IMG/VR virus record: IMGVR_UViG_3300026484_000002
Coordinates: 1-64,000 of that record
Reading direction: 5' to 3' (one strand)
Source of the DNA: a virus
Length of the DNA: 64,000 bases
Position 1 is the first letter of the stretch; each line of letters starts with the position of its first letter. The notes beneath the pieces are model-generated. The model had not been told where the DNA came from, did not search any database, and was given only the letters and a program-made list of their open reading frames with translations. The translations under genes and the position numbers were made by a program. This document shows positions 58,263 through 64,000 of this stretch, piece by piece.

Positions 58263-58469
58263 TTAATTTCCTTTAAAAATATAATAGTCTATTCTATAGA
58301 ATATAATGGATCCAATTATTTGTACTAATAATAAATGTATATACTCTGAATACTTAGATCCAATACAACATTTATATTTAACTAATAAATACAATGGAGC
58401 CATCATTACGAAAGATGATAAAATCCATCTTCCTAAATATATCATAAAATGAATAGATAAATAATCCAT
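58263..58469 (-). CDS. small membrane protein
   Basis: Two hydrophobic segments. Confidence 0.6.
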   Translation of the reverse strand: MDYLSIHFMIYLGRWILSSFVMMAPLYLLVKYKCCIGSKYSEYIHLLLVQIIGSIIFYRIDYYIFKGN

Positions 58470-58525
58470 TATATTTCTTCTTCTAAAATTTTCATTTTTT
58501 ATTTCTTTTTATTTAATAAAAATAA

Positions 58526-58807
58526 CTATTTTTTAATAGTCATTTTTTTACATTCTAGGCATACTTCTATGCTTAAGCTTAAAAATTCATCTTGCAATTC
58601 ATCGTCAATATCAATATTGTCTTCATTTTCTTCATTTCTATATATAAATTTTATTAAATTAACTATATCAAAAACTGCTTTAATAAAAATATTTCTATGT
58701 TCTTTTGGAACTTCTCTTAAAACTTCTTTTGGTACTTTATCTTTTATATCATCTGGTAATTGTGTTTCTAATTTTCTAATTATTTTTTTGAATTTTTTGA
58801 ATTTCAT
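58526..58807 (-). CDS. hypothetical protein
   Basis: 93 aa, AAGGAG SD. Confidence 0.65.
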   Translation of the reverse strand: MKFKKFKKIIRKLETQLPDDIKDKVPKEVLREVPKEHRNIFIKAVFDIVNLIKFIYRNEENEDNIDIDDELQDEFLSLSIEVCLECKKMTIKK

Positions 58808-58816
58808 ATGTTCTCC

Positions 58817-59041
58817 TTAATCTTGTTGTATGTCTGACAAGTCAGGAGCAGCATCAGCATACTGCTGACGAGCTACTTCATCACTTGTATGTAGTTTGGC
58901 TTCTAATTCTTTTATAGCAGCATCCTTAATGTGTATAGGTGCATCTGATACACGATATCGTTCTATTTTTTTTCTTATTTCAAATTCAATCATCATATAC
59001 TTTTTTATTAAATTATAAAAGAAAAGATTTGTAATCAGCAC
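58817..59041 (-). CDS. hypothetical protein (true start probably at an internal Met near 58996)
   Basis: Follows nrdB. Confidence 0.6.
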   Translation of the reverse strand: MLITNLFFYNLIKKYMMIEFEIRKKIERYRVSDAPIHIKDAAIKELEAKLHTSDEVARQQYADAAPDLSDIQQD

Positions 59042-60116
59042 TAGTTATTTCAGTATCAAGTTTACCTAATAAATAATTTGCACTATCTGTTTCTTTCATT
59101 GCTACTTGTACATTTGATAAATTTGAATATTTATCTACCCATATACAAGGATTTTTTACACGTTTAACAATATTTGGTAATTTAACATTTGTCATTACAT
59201 TATACATATTGTATTGTACATATTGTTTTAGAATTGAATTGCTTACTCCAAGAAGCTGAATATGCTTATCTTTAGGATAACAATAATCAATCCATTCTAA
59301 ATCAGTTTCATATGCTTGTTGATACATAACTATTGCTTCATTTTCAATTTCTGCAAATGCTGCTATCCATTCTTGTTGCTCTTTAAGACGTTTAATTATA
59401 TACACTGTCATTTGATAATGCATAATTTCATCCATAGATATTTTTGTTATTGCTTTTGCTGAGCTTTCCATTATATGATTTTCTGCAAAGGCAAATGTAG
59501 TTACAAATGATGATTTAAAAAATACTGCTTCTAAAATATTTAATGCATATAATGATAATGCTATTGATTTCATATGTTCATATTCATCATAATTTGGATC
59601 TTGAAGAACCATTCTACTATTCCACTCAATTGTTTTATCAAACACTTCTGCAATAGCAAGTCCACGTTTAATTATATGTTCATTAATAATAATATCATCA
59701 AACACTTCTTTTGCATCCACAGGAAGAGCTTTCAATATTTCTGCATATGTAGGTGAATGGATAACTCCTTCATAAAAAGCATGTTGAAACCACCATTCTT
59801 CAAGTTGAGGATTTGTAGTAATTGGACCAAAAACTTCACTTACAGATCTAGCTGCAATGCTATCTCCTACAGTTTGAAATTTAAGATTTTTATCAAATAA
59901 TTCTCTGAGTTGTTCATTCATTATAGAATAATCTTCTCCATCTTTTTTATATGAAAAATCAGTTTTAAACCACATCATACCTAAAGCTTTATCTGTTCGT
60001 TTTTGGATCTCTTGTTCTATAGGAAGATCCAATCTAGCCACATTTCTACCTTTTCCTAAAAATAATGGTTCATTTGTGAATTCTATATTATTAGTTGAAA
60101 ATGTATTATATTTCAC
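59013..60116 (-). CDS. nrdB: ribonucleotide reductase class Ia beta subunit
   Basis: FQTVGDS, EGVIHSPTY (radical Tyr), LEAVFF, DEIMH, C-terminal Tyr. Confidence 0.92.
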   Translation of the reverse strand: MKYNTFSTNNIEFTNEPLFLGKGRNVARLDLPIEQEIQKRTDKALGMMWFKTDFSYKKDGEDYSIMNEQLRELFDKNLKFQTVGDSIAARSVSEVFGPITTNPQLEEWWFQHAFYEGVIHSPTYAEILKALPVDAKEVFDDIIINEHIIKRGLAIAEVFDKTIEWNSRMVLQDPNYDEYEHMKSIALSLYALNILEAVFFKSSFVTTFAFAENHIMESSAKAITKISMDEIMHYQMTVYIIKRLKEQQEWIAAFAEIENEAIVMYQQAYETDLEWIDYCYPKDKHIQLLGVSNSILKQYVQYNMYNVMTNVKLPNIVKRVKNPCIWVDKYSNLSNVQVAMKETDSANYLLGKLDTEITSADYKSFLL

Positions 60117-62346
60117 ATCCGCCTCCTGTACATTGTAGTTTTGGTTCTTCTACTCCAGGAACTCTAGTATTTGTATAATATAATGATTTTACTCCATAAT
60201 ATTTTGCAAAATACATATCTTCAATTAATAATTTAAGAGGCACTTTTGAATCTTTAAACAGTTCAGGATTATAAAATCTATTTACACTGATTGATTTATC
60301 TATCCATTTTTGAGTTACTGCTACATGTGTTAAATATCTTTTAGTCATATCTTTTGTTTCATATGCTAATTCATATTGATGGGCAAGTTTATGTACTTCT
60401 GGAGCAAATTGTTTCATTACAGATGTTTTATTTTCTTTAAATGTAATAAAATCTTTAATTGGTTCTAACCCGTTTGTTTGATTTGATGGACCAGCTGAAG
60501 ATTCTGCTGGAGGAACCATAGATAATGCTACATTCGCCATTCCAATTTTCATTACTCGTTTTCTTAATTTATCCCAATTCAATCTAGTTTTAAATGGTAT
60601 TAATTTATCTACATTTTTATTGTAACGATCTATTGGCATTGTACCGTTTGCATAAGTTGAATACATAAAAAATCTAGGAGCTGGTGAAGTTTCCTCTGCA
60701 ATATCTGTAGATGACTTTATTAAATAATATTGAAAATGTTCCATCCATTCATCATGTAATTCAAGAGCTTCTTTGGATCCATATTTCAATCCTTGCTTTG
60801 CTAACCAATATGCATGATTAGAAAATCCAAGACCAACGCTTCGATATTCTTCAACATAAGCTTGTGCTTGTGGAGTTGGATGTTTTTGACGTATCATAAT
60901 ATGTGTTTGTGCACGTAATAATACATCAATTGTTTCTTGTAGTTCATTAATAGATACTTTACCTTGATTTACGTTACCAAGTACACAGATTGCAATATCT
61001 GGTTCATGTAGTCTATCAGCTGATAAATCTTTTGTTGGAGATACTTCTTCCATACATATATTAGATTGGTATATTGTTTCTGTATATGGTGAATTAGAAT
61101 TTACTTCATCTATATTTAAAATGTAGTATGCACTATTTTCAAATGTTTCTACATTTAATAGTTCAATAAGTTTTTTTGCAGAAATACGTTCATTATTTGG
61201 AAATTTATTTTCACATTCTTGATACAATTTACTAAATTCTTCTTTTGTTCCAGAATGAAATACTTCATATAATTCTGCTGAATCTCTTGTAGAGAATAAT
61301 GTTATAACATCATCAGCTACTGCTCGTTCATATACTAATTCACGTAATTTAATTCCATAAGATAAATCATTAATTCTTTTTTCAATTGATGTTCTTGGTG
61401 ACTTTAATGCCATTATAGTTATTATTTCTGGATCAAAAAAATTAATAAAAGGAGTTGCAGAACCCCTTCTCCCATTTTGAACTGCTTTTTGAATATCTGC
61501 ATCAATAGATTTTAATATAGGAACTTTTCCACCATGAGTTATAGATCCATTTTTTACTGAATCTCCAATAGAGGCAATTGCCGATACATCTATACCAATA
61601 CCAGCTGAAGCTGCTGTGTGAAGTACTAATGCTTTTGATGATTCTACCCAAGAATCAAGTGAATCTCCAGTCTTCATTAACACACATGAAGCATAATCAT
61701 TGGATTTTGTACGTAATGCATCCATTTCTGGAGAAGGTAATGTAATTTGGAATGTAGATAATTTATTATACATTAATTTAATATAATGCATACGATTTTT
61801 GTGATAATCACGAAAAATATCCATTGCAATTAACATAAACATATGTTGTGGCAATTCAATTAATTTTGTATTAAAATGTTTCATATATCTTAATTGTAAA
61901 AATTCAATACCTGCTGAGGTAAAATTAAAATCACGTTCATATTTTATTTCATTATTTAATTCATAAATTTCATTATCATCAAAAGCTTCATATAATTCTT
62001 CTGAATATATTTTTGCATTTTTTCCACGAATTAATATTTCCAATAAATGTTTTGGTTCTTTTGATTTTCCAACTTGTTTGTAGATTCTATGTATCATTAA
62101 ATTCTTAGCAATTATATCATATCCGATATCTTTTATTGTTGCCATATCTTTTGCAGTTTTAATAATTACATCATCGATATATGATGTTTTTATTTTGTCA
62201 TAAAAATGCAATTTTGCTGTTAATTCGATTGAACTAATTAAATGATTATATTTTCCTTCGGATGCTGATTCTAAATGTGAATGAATCTTTGATATGTTCA
62301 ACGGTTCAAGAGAGCCATCAGCTTTTGTAACCATTATATTGTTCAC
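60106..62346 (-). CDS. nrdA: ribonucleotide reductase class Ia alpha subunit with ATP cone
   Basis: VTKADG ATP cone, ASCVL, SNICME, PPAESS, LYY, C-terminal CTGGGC. Confidence 0.95.
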   Translation of the reverse strand: MNNIMVTKADGSLEPLNISKIHSHLESASEGKYNHLISSIELTAKLHFYDKIKTSYIDDVIIKTAKDMATIKDIGYDIIAKNLMIHRIYKQVGKSKEPKHLLEILIRGKNAKIYSEELYEAFDDNEIYELNNEIKYERDFNFTSAGIEFLQLRYMKHFNTKLIELPQHMFMLIAMDIFRDYHKNRMHYIKLMYNKLSTFQITLPSPEMDALRTKSNDYASCVLMKTGDSLDSWVESSKALVLHTAASAGIGIDVSAIASIGDSVKNGSITHGGKVPILKSIDADIQKAVQNGRRGSATPFINFFDPEIITIMALKSPRTSIEKRINDLSYGIKLRELVYERAVADDVITLFSTRDSAELYEVFHSGTKEEFSKLYQECENKFPNNERISAKKLIELLNVETFENSAYYILNIDEVNSNSPYTETIYQSNICMEEVSPTKDLSADRLHEPDIAICVLGNVNQGKVSINELQETIDVLLRAQTHIMIRQKHPTPQAQAYVEEYRSVGLGFSNHAYWLAKQGLKYGSKEALELHDEWMEHFQYYLIKSSTDIAEETSPAPRFFMYSTYANGTMPIDRYNKNVDKLIPFKTRLNWDKLRKRVMKIGMANVALSMVPPAESSAGPSNQTNGLEPIKDFITFKENKTSVMKQFAPEVHKLAHQYELAYETKDMTKRYLTHVAVTQKWIDKSISVNRFYNPELFKDSKVPLKLLIEDMYFAKYYGVKSLYYTNTRVPGVEEPKLQCTGGGCEI

Positions 62347-62522
62347 TAATTAGCCTTATCTGCAGCTACTAATGCAGCTCTTAGTTGCACTCCATCTTTA
62401 CCAATTTGGTTACTTAATTTACGAATACGCAAACTACATGCTTTTGTAGGTTTATTTTCATATGCTTCAATTTCTTTAATTAAATTATCAACTAATTCTT
62501 TATAATCTCTTAATTCATTCAT
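62346..62522 (-). CDS. small basic protein, Hc1/histone H1-like
   Basis: Start MNELR with AAGGA SD; TKACSLRIRK resembles the NKAA..R.R pattern of the Hc1 family. Confidence 0.55.
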   Translation of the reverse strand: MNELRDYKELVDNLIKEIEAYENKPTKACSLRIRKLSNQIGKDGVQLRAALVAADKAN

Positions 62523-62733
62523 TTTATTTTCCTTTGATTTATTTAAAATTAGAGCGTATCTAAGAATTGCTATAACTCTTAGTAGAGGCTTATTGTTTAA
62601 CAACATCTAAGGCTATTAACCATACTGAATGTTGAGCTTTAGGCTGCAGCCTTATATATATTTCGAGGGTTAAAAGTATAACTACAAAGTACTTAAAATA
62701 CTCTTTTTTGTATTTTTAGCAATTATGAAACTT

Positions 62734-62885
62734 TCATAAGGCATAGGTCGCTGCACCAGAAAAGGATATAAACGATATGAAAAAAAAATGTTTATTTGTT
62801 ATCTTGTGAATAAATAGTTTTAAATATTAATAGGAGGTTAATATGTATGGATAAGTATTCTGATGCAGCTAAATATGCCTTATGA
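62734..62885. ncRNA. long-range inverted repeat / candidate sRNA
   Basis: TCATAAGGCATA..GCTGCACCAGAA pairs with TTCTGATGCAGC..TATGCCTTATGA. Confidence 0.5.
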
Positions 62886-62899
62886 GAACCAACATCTAA

Positions 62900-62929
62900 A
62901 ATTAAGACATTAGTAATTAAGACATTAGT
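62900..62929. repeat. 15-bp tandem duplication at the helicase stop codon
   Basis: AATTAAGACATTAGT x2. Confidence 0.8.
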
Positions 62930-64000
62930 TCAGTTTCTTGTAGTGTTTGTAGAAATTTATTTTCAATATATGTAGCATTAATTACATTGTGCCTTGCACG
63001 AGTAACTGCAACATAATATAAGTATAATTCAGCCATTTCTTCTTCATCTGGCTCATAATTCTTGAATTTTTGTAATTTAAAAATTGTATCTTCTATAGCT
63101 TCATTCATTGAGTCTGATAGCTCAACTTCATCTACTGTTGTACCTTTGCTTGTGTGAGCAGTATAGAGTGTATAACTAGCGTTATTGTGACGCTCATGAG
63201 TTATTTCATTATACACAGAAAGTATTGTTTCTGGTCCATAATTCATTATGAGTCGTATTGCAGATATAATTTCAATATCATCATCAATTTCATTTAATAA
63301 ATATTTTAACCTAGATCCACCAAACTCATTTTGTAAATCTTTAGAATTATAAAATACATCTACTTTTTCTTGTAAATCTTTAAATCTATTTGATGTTTCT
63401 TTATTAAATCTTTTACATCTTAATACTGCTAATGGAACTTCAAACATTTGTTTTACTTTTTGTTTTGTTGCTAATTTAAAAGGAACTTTTTGTTTTTTTA
63501 ATTGAATTATTTTATCAATTAAATCTGCATTGGTTCTAGATAAAAAAGCTCTAGTTTTAATTTCTGATTTTTCATATTCAAATCCTTCAAATACAAAATT
63601 GTCATCAAGTGTAAATCTTCCAAATTGTTGAACTCTTTTTGCAATATTTATATTACATCTAAAAGATTGAGATAATGTTAATTGTTTAGCTTTTGGATAA
63701 TAATCAAATGCATTTACACATCCCATAAAACTCATAATTCTTTGTTTTGGATCACCAATCAATATCTTTAATTTTGCTGGATAATGTTTGAATAGATCCA
63801 ACATTATTTTATTTAAATCATTTGCTTCATCAATTACTAATACATCTACTGGATCCAATTTAATCAATCCATTAACTATTTTTGAATGAAATAATTTTAG
63901 ATAAGCATCATGAGTACAACCCATAGATCCATCAAACATAGCTGCTATAATTTTCTTTGCTAGTGCAATAATACTTTCTTTTGAATTGTAATGAAGTTCT
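62917..64000 (-). CDS. UvrD/Rep-like SF1 helicase (5' end outside the window)
   Basis: VIDEAND, GDPKQRI, LSQSFRC, TAHTSKG, LYYVAVTRAR; frame open to the window edge. Confidence 0.88.
   Translation of the reverse strand, partial: ELHYNSKESIIALAKKIIAAMFDGSMGCTHDAYLKLFHSKIVNGLIKLDPVDVLVIDEANDLNKIMLDLFKHYPAKLKILIGDPKQRIMSFMGCVNAFDYYPKAKQLTLSQSFRCNINIAKRVQQFGRFTLDDNFVFEGFEYEKSEIKTRAFLSRTNADLIDKIIQLKKQKVPFKLATKQKVKQMFEVPLAVLRCKRFNKETSNRFKDLQEKVDVFYNSKDLQNEFGGSRLKYLLNEIDDDIEIISAIRLIMNYGPETILSVYNEITHERHNNASYTLYTAHTSKGTTVDEVELSDSMNEAIEDTIFKLQKFKNYEPDEEEMAELYLYYVAVTRARHNVINATYIENKFLQTLQETELMS

Noticed and set aside
698-59756. Many short antisense or out-of-frame ORFs in the track (e.g. 698, 3114, 3829, 16673, 30524, 36856, 45858, 48708, 58569)
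   Set aside because: They overlap well-supported genes, lack SD sequences and have the composition of shadow ORFs
59740-59790. NrdB first metal motif is ExxxH rather than ExxH, considered as a new RNR subclass
   Set aside because: All other ligands and the radical Tyr are present; a one-residue insertion is insufficient evidence
1-64000. Alternative genetic code, or introns/inteins in terL, nrdA or nrdB
   Set aside because: ORFs are long and dense under the standard code, no suppressor tRNA is present, and these genes are of normal uninterrupted length

Overview
AT-rich bacteriophage DNA with N4-like (Schitoviridae-type) gene content and order. Minus strand 1-10.3 kb: small early genes and a single-chain T7/N4-type RNA polymerase. 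About 10.3-12.1 kb: a repeat- and hairpin-rich divergence zone, probably containing the physical termini or origin. Plus strand 12.1-57.4 kb: ParB-like protein, PIN-PhoH, ClpP-like protease, four tRNAs, terminase, tail fibres, lysis genes, portal, scaffold, major capsid, ejection proteins and the virion RNA polymerase locus. Minus strand 57.4-64 kb: a tRNA, MazG-like hydrolase, class Ia RNR and a truncated UvrD-like helicase. AAGGA ribosome-binding sites and TGnTATAAT promoters are compatible with a Campylobacterota-like host (inference). Main novelties: (1) the virion RNAP locus is split into three genes, and 4 of the 5 cysteines in about 4,070 aa sit at the facing termini, suggesting a disulfide-linked, redox-releasable ejection chain; (2) a highly iterated TGGATC(CA) palindrome; (3) a fused rather than two-subunit RNAPII; (4) an 8/4-fold tRNA; (5) several candidate structured or antisense RNAs. 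All family assignments come from motifs and synteny read by eye; no searches were run.
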